This document shows, piece after piece, positions 18,209-27,599 of a DNA stretch of 32,000 nucleotides. The notes under the pieces were generated by a model that did not search any database, was not told where the DNA came from, and was given only the letters and a program-made list of their open reading frames with translations. Each line of letters opens with the position of its first letter. Positions within the stretch are counted from its first letter, which is position 1. The translations under genes and the position numbers were made by a program. This stretch comes from Sinorhizobium meliloti (GTDB lineage Bacteria; Pseudomonadota; Alphaproteobacteria; Rhizobiales; Rhizobiaceae): contig NZ_JAGIOS010000001.1 of assembly GCF_017876815.1 (NCBI RefSeq), forward strand, positions 870,001 to 902,000. The letters run 5' to 3'.

Positions 18209-19402
18209 ATGTTCCCGACCGATCCCGTCTCCAATCTCGCTGCCCTCATTCGCTGCCCCTCCGTCACACCCGCCGAGGGAGGCGCGCTCGCGGCTCTTGA
18301 AGCCATGCTTGCTCCGGTCGGCTTCAAGGTCGACCGGGTCGTGGCGAAGGAACCCGGAACGCCCGACATCGAGAACCTTTACGCCCGGACCGGGGGCGAA
18401 GGACCGCATCTGATGTTCGCAGGCCACACCGATGTGGTGCCGGTCGGCGACGAGGCGGCCTGGAGCCGACCGCCCTTCTCCGCCGCGATCGCCGAAGGCG
18501 AAATGTACGGACGCGGCGCCGTCGACATGAAGGGCGGCATCGCCTGTTTCGTGGCGGCAGTCGCCCGTCACATCGAGAAGCATGGCGCGCCCAAGGGCTC
18601 GATCTCCTTCCTCATCACCGGCGACGAGGAAGGCCCGGCGATCAACGGCACGGTGAAGCTCCTCGAATGGGCGGCGGCAAGGGGCGAGCGCTGGGACGCC
18701 TGTCTCGTCGGCGAGCCGACCAATCCGGACTGCATCGGCGACATGATCAAGATCGGCCGGCGCGGGTCGCTCTCCGGCCGGATCACCGTTCATGGCGTCC
18801 AGGGCCACGCCGCCTATCCGCATCTTGCGGACAATCCGGTGCGCAGCATCCTGCAGATCGCACAGGCCCTGATGGACCCGCCCTTCGACGATGGCACCGA
18901 AAATTTCCAGCCTTCGAACCTCGAGGTCACGACCATCGATGTCGGCAATACCGCAGTAAACGTCATTCCCGCCAAGGCGAGCGCCGCCTTCAACATCCGT
19001 TTCAACGACCGCTGGACGGCCGAAAGCCTGATGGCGGAGATCGTGGCGCGTCTCGACCGCGCAGCAGCCGGTAGCGCGCTGAGGCCCGGCCGGGCTCCGG
19101 CCAGATACGAGATCGTCTGGAACGAGCGTCCGAGCCACGTCTTCCTGACGCGCAACAACGCGCTCATCGATTCGCTTTCGGGTGCCGTGGAGGCCGTCAC
19201 CGGGCGGCAGCCGCAGCTGTCGACCACCGGCGGTACATCGGACGCGCGTTTCATCAAGGACTATTGCCCGGTCGTCGAATTCGGCCTCGTCGGCAAGACC
19301 ATGCACATGGTCGACGAACGCGTCGCCCTTGCCGATCTCGAAACCCTGACCGGGATATACGAAACCTTCATCGCCCGCTGGTTCGGTCATGCCGCTGCTT
19401 GA
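18209..19402 (+). CDS. dapE: Succinyl-diaminopimelate desuccinylase
   Basis: 397 aa, M20 metallopeptidase. Signatures: [43 protein letters not shown], and the dimerisation domain. The N-terminus is typical of alphaproteobacterial DapE. Confidence 0.94.
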   Translation: MFPTDPVSNLAALIRCPSVTPAEGGALAALEAMLAPVGFKVDRVVAKEPGTPDIENLYARTGGEGPHLMFAGHTDVVPVGDEAAWSRPPFSAAIAEGEMYGRGAVDMKGGIACFVAAVARHIEKHGAPKGSISFLITGDEEGPAINGTVKLLEWAAARGERWDACLVGEPTNPDCIGDMIKIGRRGSLSGRITVHGVQGHAAYPHLADNPVRSILQIAQALMDPPFDDGTENFQPSNLEVTTIDVGNTAVNVIPAKASAAFNIRFNDRWTAESLMAEIVARLDRAAAGSALRPGRAPARYEIVWNERPSHVFLTRNNALIDSLSGAVEAVTGRQPQLSTTGGTSDARFIKDYCPVVEFGLVGKTMHMVDERVALADLETLTGIYETFIARWFGHAAA

Positions 19403-19985
19403 GGAAGTCCTTGTCTATATCAAGGGGCTGTGGCTGCTGATCCAGGGCAACCTTGAAGGCTATCGCTGGCTGGATATCAGCGAGAGCGGGTTGTGGCGCT
19501 CCTTCACGGCGATCCTCTGGACGCTGCCGGCGCTGGCCGTGGGCTGGGCCTCGTGGCGGCTCTATTATCTCTCGGTGATGCCGACCGGTACGACAGTCGG
19601 CATCGGCTTCTTCGGGAAGCTTCTCGCCGTCGATCTCGTAAGCTGGCTGCTGCCGATCGTGCTGATCGCCGTCCTCTCGCGCCCGCTCGGCTTTTCCGTC
19701 CTGGTGGTGCCGGTGATCGTCACGACCAATTGGCTCCAGGTCCCGCTGACCTATGCCATGGCAGTGCCGGCCGCGTTGCTGCTGGTCATACCCGGCAGCG
19801 CCGGGATGGCAGCCCTGCTGTGGCTTCTGCTGCTCGTCGCCAGCTCCGCGCTGCTCTTCCGCCTTTTGCGGACCGTTACCGCCAAGCAGAACCTGCTCGC
19901 CGCCGCCCTTGCCGCGATCTTTCTGCTGTCACCGCTGATGATCATGCAGTTCCTGCAGCGCCTGCTCGGCCTGATGCCGGGCTGA
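19389..19985 (+). CDS. Hypothetical polytopic inner-membrane protein (about 5 TM), family not recognised
   Basis: 198 aa with a strongly hydrophobic helical pattern and good GC3 coding bias. The ATG overlaps the dapE 3' end by 14 nt, which suggests coupled expression. Confidence 0.65.
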   Translation: MPLLEEVLVYIKGLWLLIQGNLEGYRWLDISESGLWRSFTAILWTLPALAVGWASWRLYYLSVMPTGTTVGIGFFGKLLAVDLVSWLLPIVLIAVLSRPLGFSVLVVPVIVTTNWLQVPLTYAMAVPAALLLVIPGSAGMAALLWLLLLVASSALLFRLLRTVTAKQNLLAAALAAIFLLSPLMIMQFLQRLLGLMPG

Positions 19986-20002
19986 ACGGCGGCGGATCTG
20001 CG

Positions 20003-20142
20003 GCAGCCCCTCATCCGCCTGCCGGCACCTTCTCCCCGCAAGCGGGGAGAAGGGACAAGCGGCACGAATCGAGCGAGCGCCGCGAGTCTCCTTCGCCCCG
20101 CGTGCGGGGAGAAGGTGGCCGGCAGGCCGGATGAGGGGCTGC
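20003..20142. repeat. Complete ~140-bp palindromic intergenic element (MITE/RIME-like) with ~37-bp terminal inverted arms, each containing its own hairpin
   Basis: The left arm gcagcccctcatccgcctgccggcaccttctccccgc (20003-20039) is the near-perfect reverse complement of the right arm gcggggagaaggtggccggcaggccggatgaggggctgc (20104-20142). Internal hairpins lie at 20028-20053 and 20090-20115. The element sits between convergent genes. Confidence 0.85.
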
Positions 20143-20152
20143 TGTTTCCAGC

Positions 20153-20896
20153 TCAGTAATCCACCCGCATGAAATAAAGCCCGTCCGGCGGGGCGACAGG
20201 GCCGCACGCCTTGCGGTCCCGCGCCTCCAGTGCCGCCTGCAGGTCGTCCGGCGTCCATTTGCCCTCGCCAACGAGCTTCAGGGAGCCTGCGAAGGAACGG
20301 ATCTGGTTGTGAAGAAAGCTTTGCGCCGTGGCGCGGATTTCGATGAGCTCGCCCGCACGGGTCACGTCCAGCCGGTCGAGCGTGCGCAAGGGGCTCGTCG
20401 CCTGACAGTGGGCCGAGCGGAAGGTGGTGAAATCGTGATGGCCGACGAGGCGCTGCGCCGCCTCGTGCATGGCGTCGTGATCGAGCGGCTTCGGCACCCA
20501 CCAGGCGCGCCGCGCCTCCAGCGCCAGCGGCGAACGGCGGGAAATGATCCGATAGAGATAATGCCTGCGGATTGCCGAGAAACGGGCGTCGAAATCGCCG
20601 GGGGCTTCCGCGACATCGAGGATCGAGACCCGCTCGCCGGCAAGCGCCAGATGCGCGTTGAGGGCGTTTTGCAGCGTGTACGACTTCCACTCGCGCGTGA
20701 GATCGAGATGCGCCACCTGCCCCCGGGCGTGAACGCCGGAATCGGTGCGCCCGGCGCCGCGGATCGAGACCGTCTCGCGGGTCAGCGACAGGACCGCCTT
20801 CTCGATTGCGCCCTGGACCGAGGGACCGTTGTCCTGCCTCTGCCAGCCGACATAATCGGAACCGTCATATTCGACGGTCAGGCGATAGCGGGGCAT
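20153..20896 (-). CDS. truA: tRNA pseudouridine(38-40) synthase
   Basis: 247 aa from the ATG at 20896: [21 protein letters not shown]...[22 protein letters not shown]... (catalytic Asp in GRTDxGVHA). The start overlaps the fmt stop by 1 nt (TGATG). The track ORF adds 38 unsupported codons. Confidence 0.93.
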   Translation of the reverse strand: MPRYRLTVEYDGSDYVGWQRQDNGPSVQGAIEKAVLSLTRETVSIRGAGRTDSGVHARGQVAHLDLTREWKSYTLQNALNAHLALAGERVSILDVAEAPGDFDARFSAIRRHYLYRIISRRSPLALEARRAWWVPKPLDHDAMHEAAQRLVGHHDFTTFRSAHCQATSPLRTLDRLDVTRAGELIEIRATAQSFLHNQIRSFAGSLKLVGEGKWTPDDLQAALEARDRKACGPVAPPDGLYFMRVDY

Positions 20897-21831
20897 CAGG
20901 CGATCCTCGCGCCGGCAGCGATGGGCGTGCCGCGCAGGAAATCGGCCGCGGCGAGCGCTTTGCCGCCCGCGCGCTGCAATCTCGTCAGCCGCACAGCACC
21001 CTCTCCGCAAGCGATGCCGAGAGTGTGATCAAGCACTTCTCCGGGATCACCTTCCCCTTCCGACATCTCGGAGGCCAGCACCTTGACGCGTTCGCGACGG
21101 CCGGCAATGTCGAGTTCGAACCAGGCGCCGGGAAAGGGCGAGAGGCCGCGGATATGGTTGTGCACCTCGGCCGCCGGCCGGGAGAAATCGATCCGGGTCT
21201 CTTCCTTCGATATCTTGGCGGCATAGGCGACGCCCTCTTGCGCCTGCGGCGCCAGCGGAAGCTCACCGGACTCGAGCCTTGCCATGGCCTCCGTCATCAG
21301 CACCGCTCCGACCTGCATCAGCCGGTCGTGCAATTCGCCGGCCCTCATCATCCCATCGATCGGAACCGACTGCGCGAGAGCGACGGGACCGGTATCGAGC
21401 CCCTTGTCCATTTTCATCACCATCATGCCGGTCTCGCGGTCGCCGGCCATGATCGCCCGCTGGATCGGCGCCGCCCCCCGCCAGCGCGGCAGGAGCGAGG
21501 CATGGCCGTTATAGCAGCCGTAGCGGGTGCCGGAGAGTATTTCCTCCGGCAGCAGCAGCCCGTAGGCGACGACGACCGCCACGTCCGCACCGAAATCCCG
21601 AAAGGTCTGGCGGTCCGCGGCATCCTTGAAATTGGCGGGCGTCAACACCGGTATGCCCAGCCGCTCGGCAGCCTGATGCACGGGGGACTTCTGCAGGTCG
21701 AGGCCGCGCCGGCCGCCCGGCCGCGGCGGCTGCGTGTAAACGGCGGCGATCTCGTGACCCGCCCCGGCGAGCGCCAGGAGCGTCGGCACGGAAAATTCCG
21801 GTGTGCCCATGAAGATCATGCGAAGCGGCAA
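20896..21831 (-). CDS. fmt: Methionyl-tRNA formyltransferase
   Basis: 311 aa: (M)[17 protein letters not shown]...[13 protein letters not shown]...[20 protein letters not shown].. These are the canonical Fmt motifs. The track start is a TTG at 21831; the first ATG is at 21819 (MIFMGTPEF). Confidence 0.93.
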   Translation of the reverse strand: MPLRMIFMGTPEFSVPTLLALAGAGHEIAAVYTQPPRPGGRRGLDLQKSPVHQAAERLGIPVLTPANFKDAADRQTFRDFGADVAVVVAYGLLLPEEILSGTRYGCYNGHASLLPRWRGAAPIQRAIMAGDRETGMMVMKMDKGLDTGPVALAQSVPIDGMMRAGELHDRLMQVGAVLMTEAMARLESGELPLAPQAQEGVAYAAKISKEETRIDFSRPAAEVHNHIRGLSPFPGAWFELDIAGRRERVKVLASEMSEGEGDPGEVLDHTLGIACGEGAVRLTRLQRAGGKALAAADFLRGTPIAAGARIA

Positions 21832-21900
21832 GTGGCGGCCTCCGTCTCTTTCGATTGCCCGTAAGCGGGCGGCGGCTCCAGCTTGAATGCGGCCGCGACG

Positions 21901-22425
21901 CTAGATCGCCTTTGCGCCGCGCGTCTTGGCCGCCTTGGTGAACCTGCGAATCACCATATCGCGCTTGAGCTTTGAGATGTAATCGATGAACAGGACGCCG
22001 TTCAGATGGTCGATCTCGTGCTGCAGGCAGGTGGCGAGCAGGCCCTCGGCCTCGACCGCCTGTTCCTTGCCCTCGCGATCGACATACTCGACCGTGATCG
22101 CGGCGGGTCGCTCGACCTCGGCGTAGTAGTCGGGGATCGAAAGGCAGCCTTCCTCATAGACCGAACGCTCCTCGGACGAGCGGACGACCTTCGGATTGAT
22201 GAAGACGAGCGGCTGCTTCTCCTCGCCCTCCTTCGTCACGTCGAGAACCAGGAGGCGCTTCGGCACGCCGATCTGTATCGCGGCGAGACCGATGCCCGGC
22301 GCGTCGTACATGGTTTCCAGCATGTCGTCGGCGAGCCGGCGAATATCGGCGTCAATGGTCTCCACCGGTGTCGACACCTGGCGCAGAACCGGATCGGGAA
22401 GAATGATGAGCGGCTTGATCGTCAT
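21901..22425 (-). CDS. def: Peptide deformylase
   Basis: 174 aa from the ATG at 22425 ([16 protein letters not shown]). The three PDF motifs are present: [17 protein letters not shown] and QHEIDHLNG. Confidence 0.95.
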   Translation of the reverse strand: MTIKPLIILPDPVLRQVSTPVETIDADIRRLADDMLETMYDAPGIGLAAIQIGVPKRLLVLDVTKEGEEKQPLVFINPKVVRSSEERSVYEEGCLSIPDYYAEVERPAAITVEYVDREGKEQAVEAEGLLATCLQHEIDHLNGVLFIDYISKLKRDMVIRRFTKAAKTRGAKAI

Positions 22426-22574
22426 GTCGATCCCCATAGCCGATCTTTCCGTCGACGCGCAAGAAAATTACCATCGAGAAACCCGTTGTGCTCCAAACGG
22501 GGGCGACCGGGGAGCGGAAATGCATGTTCTCGTTTTGATCTGGTTTTCGCACGCGAATCTGTTAGTCTGCGGCC

Positions 22575-23780
22575 ATGGAGCCCGTCCCCTTTTCCTTCGA
22601 TCAGCCGCTGTTCCTCATCGGCACCCTGCCCGTCACGGCCGGCCACCTCGTCACAACCGCCGCCCTTCTCGTGGTGCTGTTCTCGGCCATCATGGTGCGG
22701 CGCGCCCGTTCGGCTCGCGCGACCGGCCGCGAAGAGCAAATGTCGGCGCTCATTGCAGCGCAGACGGAGATGCAGGGACGCATCGCCGCCATGACCGAGG
22801 TCTTTGGCGCCCGGCAGGCGGAACTGAACCAGTCGCTCAGCCAGCGCATCGACGGAATGACGCACCGCATTGGCGCCTCGATCAGCGAGCAGACGAAGGC
22901 GACGCACGAAAATCTGCGGCGGCTCCAGGAGCGGCTCGCGGTGATCGACAACGCGCAGAACAACATCCAGTCGCTCGCCAAGGACATGGCCGGGCTGCAG
23001 AGCATCCTCGCCAACAAGCAGACGCGCGGCGCCTTCGGACAGTCGCGCATGGAGGCGATCGTCGCGGACGGCCTGCCGATGGGCGCCTTCGCCTTCCAGG
23101 CGACGCTTTCCAACGGCGCCCGGCCGGACTGTACCATTCGCATGCCGAACGGCCAGCCGCCGCTGGTCATCGATGCGAAATTTCCGCTCGAGGCCTGGAA
23201 TTCCATGAGGGACGCGGCGAGCGCCGAACGGCGGCAACAGGCCGCGCAGGCATTCCGCCGCGACATGGAGGTGCATATCCGCGATATCGCCGGCAAATAT
23301 CTGCTCCCGGGCGAGACGCAGGATACGGCCTTCCTCTTCGTTCCCTCCGAATCGATCTTCGCCGAAATCCACGAGCATTTCGAAGCGGTCGTCCAGAAGG
23401 CGCACCGCCAGCGGATCGTCATCGTCTCTCCGTCGCTTCTGCTTCTCTCGATCCAGGTCATCCAGGCGATCCTGAAAGATGCCCGCATGCGCGAGCAGGC
23501 CCACCTGATACAGAGCGAAGTCGTACGGCTGATGGAAGACCTCTCGCGTCTCGACGAGCGCGTACGCAAGCTCCAGGGCCATTTCGCCATGACCCAGAAG
23601 GATGTCGAGGACATCCTGATCTCCTCGGACAAGCTGACCCGTCGGGGCGCCAAGATCGAGGCGCTCGAGCTGCAGGCCGAGGCCGATCCGAGACAGGGCG
23701 AAAAGCCGGGCGACGGCAGCGGGCGCCCGATGGACGGGCGCATGGGGCAATTGAAGCTGAGAGTGGTTGACGAGGACTGA
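22575..23780 (+). CDS. rmuC: DNA recombination protein RmuC
   Basis: 401 aa with an N-terminal TM, a long coiled-coil region and an RmuC nuclease-like C-terminal domain (PDCTIRMPNGQPPLVIDAKFPLEAW...FLFVPSESIFAEI...IVIVSPSLL). It is divergent from def. Confidence 0.9.
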   Translation: MEPVPFSFDQPLFLIGTLPVTAGHLVTTAALLVVLFSAIMVRRARSARATGREEQMSALIAAQTEMQGRIAAMTEVFGARQAELNQSLSQRIDGMTHRIGASISEQTKATHENLRRLQERLAVIDNAQNNIQSLAKDMAGLQSILANKQTRGAFGQSRMEAIVADGLPMGAFAFQATLSNGARPDCTIRMPNGQPPLVIDAKFPLEAWNSMRDAASAERRQQAAQAFRRDMEVHIRDIAGKYLLPGETQDTAFLFVPSESIFAEIHEHFEAVVQKAHRQRIVIVSPSLLLLSIQVIQAILKDARMREQAHLIQSEVVRLMEDLSRLDERVRKLQGHFAMTQKDVEDILISSDKLTRRGAKIEALELQAEADPRQGEKPGDGSGRPMDGRMGQLKLRVVDED

Positions 23781-23813
23781 CGGCGTCGGGCACTCTCCGG
23801 CAAATGCGTGTCG

Positions 23814-23870
23814 CCCGAAACCGTGCAGCGGTTTTGGGATGACGACAGGCGAAATCTAAAGAGCAAGCCG
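23814..23870. repeat. Partial copy of a rhizobial intergenic repeat: hairpin cccgaaaccg-tgcag-cggttttggg followed by gatgacgacaggcgaaatctaaagagcaagc
   Basis: A 10-bp stem (one G-U) with a 5-nt loop lies at 23814-23838, 34 nt after the rmuC stop. The core G(T/C)G(C/T)AGCGGTTTT recurs at 24802-24815 on the other side of rbsK. Confidence 0.55.
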
Positions 23871-23885
23871 ACGGGACGCCTCCAC

Positions 23886-24785
23886 ATGATCACTGTTTTT
23901 GGGTCCATCAACATGGACCTGATTGCCACCACCGCACGCCTTCCGAAGCCCGGCGAAACGGTTGCCGGAACGGACTTTTCCACTGCGGCGGGCGGCAAGG
24001 GCGCAAACCAGGCGCTCGCGGCGCGCCGCGCCGGCGCCTCGGTGCGCATGGCAGGTGCCGTTGGCTCCGACGCCTTTGCCGAGGGCGCGCTGGCGCTGCT
24101 CAAGGAGGCCGGCACCGATCTCGATCTGACGAAGACCGTCGGCGAGCCGACCGGAACGGCGCACATCATCGTCGGCGGCGACGGCGAAAACGTCATCGTC
24201 GTGGTCGCCAGCGCCAATGCACGCGTAAGCGGGGACGACGCCGCGAACGTGGTTGCGCAGATGTCGGCCGGCGACACGCTGATGCTGCAGCTCGAAATTC
24301 CCTCCGCCTCGGTGGAAAAGGCACTCTCCGAAGCAAAACGGCGGGGCATCCGATCGATCATCAACATCGCGCCGCTGACGCCGGATGCGGCGCGCCTCGG
24401 CCGCATGGCCGATATCGTCATTGCCAACGAGACCGAGTTCGAGCTGCTCGCCGGCAAAGCGGGCATCGCCGGCGCCGAGCGGGAAGAGGCTATGAACGGG
24501 CTTCACGCCGAGACCCGCCAGACCGTGATCGTAACCCTTGGTGCTGAGGGCGTGGTGGCGATTCACGAAGGCGAACTCCACCGCGCGAAAGGGCTCACGA
24601 TCGAGCCCGTCGATACGGTCGGTGCCGGAGATACGTTCTGCGGCTATCTCGCCGCCGGCCTCGACGCCGGTCTCGCATTCTCCGAGGCGCTCCGCCGCGC
24701 CGCGATTGCGGGATCGCTCGCCTGCCTCAAGCCCGGCGCGCAGCCCTCGATACCGCTTGCCGCCGAGGTCGCCGCCCGGCTCTAG
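23886..24785 (+). CDS. rbsK: Ribokinase (PfkB family)
   Basis: 299 aa from the ATG at 23886: MITVFGSINMDL...PKPGETV...AAGGKGANQALAA...DTVGAGDTFCGYLAAGL. These are the ribokinase signatures. The track ORF adds 26 unsupported codons. Confidence 0.85.
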   Translation: MITVFGSINMDLIATTARLPKPGETVAGTDFSTAAGGKGANQALAARRAGASVRMAGAVGSDAFAEGALALLKEAGTDLDLTKTVGEPTGTAHIIVGGDGENVIVVVASANARVSGDDAANVVAQMSAGDTLMLQLEIPSASVEKALSEAKRRGIRSIINIAPLTPDAARLGRMADIVIANETEFELLAGKAGIAGAEREEAMNGLHAETRQTVIVTLGAEGVVAIHEGELHRAKGLTIEPVDTVGAGDTFCGYLAAGLDAGLAFSEALRRAAIAGSLACLKPGAQPSIPLAAEVAARL

Positions 24786-24887
24786 GGCACTTCCAGGAAA
24801 AGTGTGTAGCGGTTTTCCGTCCGGAAGTGCCTAGTTTTGGAGTCTTGGAGTATTTCAGTGTTTCCATGAAATATTGAAACGCTCTAG
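24782..24887. repeat. Intergenic repeat element whose 5' part forms the rbsK intrinsic terminator
   Basis: A long stem ctagggcacttccagg (24782-24797) / ccggaagtgcctag (24821-24834) has an inner ggaaaa/ttttcc pairing and is followed by TTTT (24835-24838). An AT-richer module follows with atttca/tgaaat and gtttc/gaaac inverted repeats, ending ...gaaacgctctag (24887). It resembles a repeat widely seen in Rhizobiaceae intergenic DNA (recollection). Confidence 0.65.
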
Positions 24888-25139
24888 ACGACGGAGAGAT
24901 AAGCGTCCGCCAGCAACGCCGACGCGCAAATCCTGCCGCCTGAACCGGAATCAGCTTCGGCGTTGGCCGTATTTTAATCTTTGATCGTCTAATCAGGTCA
25001 GCGAGAAGGCCAACTCCGGTTCGGCCGCTCCTCCATGCCGGTCGGCATCTGGCGCTCCATGAGGGAGCTTCACCCACAGTTCCGAATATGTCGCGCCGCG
25101 GGCTCAATACCTGCGGACCTCTCAGTGCGTGAGGATTTC

Positions 25140-27506
25140 ATGTTCAAGTTCCAAGCCAGATCGCTGGCGACAAAGTTGATCGCGGTGACGGGAGGCACGA
25201 TCGCCCTCGTGCTGCTCGCGTCGAATTACGTGCTCATCTCCCAGACGCAGGACCGTGTGGAAACGCTGGTCTTCGACGGCGCGAAGACGGAAGCGCGGGC
25301 GATCGCGTCCGACATCGCGGGAAGCGTCGGCGAACTTGCCGCCGCCGCGCGGACCATGTCGGGCGTTCTGGGGCGCGGCCATGCCGGGCAGTCCACCGAC
25401 CGCGCAGGCGCCATCAATCTCCTGAAGGCCAATCTGGAGCAGCATGGCTTTGCCTTCGGCAGCTGGTTCGCCGAAGAGCCCAAGGCCTATGACGGAAAGG
25501 ACGTCATCGACAACACGGAACGTGGCGGCAATGCCGACGGTGCGTTCACGCCCTATTGGTCCAAGGACCGCAACGGAAATATCCAGCTCTCGACCTTCAA
25601 GGCCGATTATGCGGCCGAGTGGTACGGCCTCGCCGCGAAGAGCGGCAAGGGCGCCATCACCCAGCCATATCTCGCCGAGGGCACCGACGTCCCGACCACG
25701 ATGACGTCGATCGCCTACCCCGTCATGTCGAACGGCAGGATGATCGGAGTCTCGGGTGTCGATATCTCGCTCGCCGCACTCGCCGACCGTCTCTCGGCGG
25801 TCAAGCCTTTCGGCTCCGGCCGGGTCTACCTTCTTTCGCAGAGCGGCAAGTGGCTCGCCGCACCTATCCCCGAGCTGCTGATGAAGGAATATGACGGCGA
25901 GGGCGCCGAATTGGTGAAGGATGCCCTTTCCACCGGCACGCCCCGCATGATCGAGAACCTGACTTACGACGGCAACGAACCTTTCGACCGGGTCGTCTAT
26001 CCTTTCAGCCTGCCCGACGTGAACGCGCAGTGGCTGGTGCTGGTCGATGTTCCGCGCTCAGCCATCAATGCGCCGGTCCGCGATCAGACCTATATGATGA
26101 TCGTCGGCGGCCTGGTGGTCCTCGGCGCGGTGCTCGCCGGCCTCTATTTCGCCGTTCGCCGCTTCGTCCAGAAGCCGCTTGCCGGCCTCGTGGGCGACGT
26201 CGAGACGCTCAGCAACGGAGAATATACCCGGCCGATTTCCGGTCAGGAACGCTCCGACGAGACAGGCGCCGTCGCCAGGTCGCTCGAGGGCTTCCGTCAC
26301 CAGCTCGCCGACAACAGGCGGCTCGAAAGCGAGGCCCGCCACGAGAGAGAACAGGCCGAACTGGAACGCGGACGTTCGGAAAACGAACGCACCGAGGCCA
26401 GCGCGCTGCAGCGCGACATCGTCGCACGCCTTGGCAAGGCCCTGTCGCATCTCTCCGCCGGTGACCTCGCCTTCCGCCTTACCGGCGACTTCCCCGGCGA
26501 ATACGCGCAGCTGAAGCGCGATTTCAACGCGACGATGGAGAGCCTCGAAGAGACGATCCGCACCGTCAACCACTCCGTCGTCAATATCGGCAGTGGCACC
26601 AGCGAGATCTCGGGCGCCGCCAACGACCTGTCGCATCGGACTGAACAGCAGGCAGCAAGCCTCGAGGAGACCGCGGCCGCCCTTGACGAACTGACCTCGC
26701 AGGTGAACGCCAGCGCCGAGAACGCCAAGGTCGCCGCGAAGTCCGTCGAGGTCGCAAGCAGCGACGCGGAACAGTCCGGCGAGGTGGTGCAGAAGGCGAT
26801 CGCCGCCATGCAGGGTATCGAGCAGTCGTCGCATGAAGTCAGCCGGATCATCGGCGTCATCGATGAAATCGCCTTTCAGACCAACCTTCTGGCGCTCAAT
26901 GCCGGGGTCGAAGCCGCCCGCGCCGGCGACGCCGGCAAGGGCTTCGCGGTCGTCGCACAGGAAGTCCGCGAACTCGCGCAGCGCTCCGCCAATGCCGCAA
27001 AGGAAATCAAGACGCTGATCAATACATCGGCGGGCCAGGTTCGCGAGGGCGTCGACCTCGTCGGCAAGGCCGGCGGCGCGCTCGAGAAGATCGCCGAGCA
27101 GGTGGTGCAGATCAACGGGCTCATCCGCCAGATCTCCAGCTCCGCCTCGGAACAGGCGGTCGGCCTCAAGGAGATCAATTCCGCCGTCAATCAGATGGAC
27201 CAGGTGACACAGCAGAACGCCGCCATGGTGGAAGAGACGACTGCCGCCAGCATGGCGCTGAACGACGAGGCCCGCGCCCTCAGCGCGCTGGTCGCCCGTT
27301 TCCAGATCGCCCCGCAGGCTGCCCAGGCCCAAGCCTCGGCCGAAATGCTGCGCGGTACAGCCGAGCGGATGCGTGCGGCTGCTCCCGCGGAAAATCGTCC
27401 GGCACAGGCGCCGCGCAGTGCCGCCTACTCCAATTCGACTCAAAGAGTGCTTGCCAAGACATCCGGCGCCAATGCGCTCGCGCAGGACAATTGGGAAGAA
27501 TTTTGA
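25140..27506 (+). CDS. Methyl-accepting chemotaxis protein: TM1, periplasmic double-Cache-like domain, TM2, HAMP, signalling domain, C-terminal NWEEF pentapeptide
   Basis: 788 aa from the ATG at 25140, with GAGGA 4 nt upstream. TM1 is [21 protein letters not shown] and TM2 is [22 protein letters not shown]. The highly conserved hairpin tip is [40 protein letters not shown]. Methylation-type heptads are [14 protein letters not shown] and [14 protein letters not shown]. The protein ends ...QDNWEEF*. The ligand is unknown. Confidence 0.93.
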   Translation: MFKFQARSLATKLIAVTGGTIALVLLASNYVLISQTQDRVETLVFDGAKTEARAIASDIAGSVGELAAAARTMSGVLGRGHAGQSTDRAGAINLLKANLEQHGFAFGSWFAEEPKAYDGKDVIDNTERGGNADGAFTPYWSKDRNGNIQLSTFKADYAAEWYGLAAKSGKGAITQPYLAEGTDVPTTMTSIAYPVMSNGRMIGVSGVDISLAALADRLSAVKPFGSGRVYLLSQSGKWLAAPIPELLMKEYDGEGAELVKDALSTGTPRMIENLTYDGNEPFDRVVYPFSLPDVNAQWLVLVDVPRSAINAPVRDQTYMMIVGGLVVLGAVLAGLYFAVRRFVQKPLAGLVGDVETLSNGEYTRPISGQERSDETGAVARSLEGFRHQLADNRRLESEARHEREQAELERGRSENERTEASALQRDIVARLGKALSHLSAGDLAFRLTGDFPGEYAQLKRDFNATMESLEETIRTVNHSVVNIGSGTSEISGAANDLSHRTEQQAASLEETAAALDELTSQVNASAENAKVAAKSVEVASSDAEQSGEVVQKAIAAMQGIEQSSHEVSRIIGVIDEIAFQTNLLALNAGVEAARAGDAGKGFAVVAQEVRELAQRSANAAKEIKTLINTSAGQVREGVDLVGKAGGALEKIAEQVVQINGLIRQISSSASEQAVGLKEINSAVNQMDQVTQQNAAMVEETTAASMALNDEARALSALVARFQIAPQAAQAQASAEMLRGTAERMRAAAPAENRPAQAPRSAAYSNSTQRVLAKTSGANALAQDNWEEF

Positions 27507-27531
27507 CCTGAAACGTTCTGCTCCAGACATT

Positions 27532-27580
27532 GCCCCTCACCAAACCTCTCCTCACAAGGGGGAGGGTGGGAGGGGTGTCA
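27532..27580. repeat. Imperfect GC-rich hairpin/repeat between convergent genes (same family as 6811-6854)
   Basis: gcccctcaccaaacctctcctcacaagggggagggtgggaggggtg shares GCCCCTC...ACA(A)GGGGGAGGG..GGGAGGGG with the 6811-6854 element. It likely acts as a terminator for the MCP and nucleoside hydrolase genes. Confidence 0.55.
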
Positions 27581-27599
27581 GTGAGATGCGGGGGGTCTC

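Noticed and set aside
25035-25139. 5' extensions in the ORF track for the MCP gene. The same applies to msrB, the anti-sigma factor, the PEP-mutase-family gene, the nucleotidase, dapD, the RND gene, truA, def, rbsK, trmB and metK.
   Set aside because: The family-typical N-termini and Shine-Dalgarno sequences sit at internal ATGs. The extra residues have poor coding character. All trimmed starts were checked to be in frame with the reported stops.
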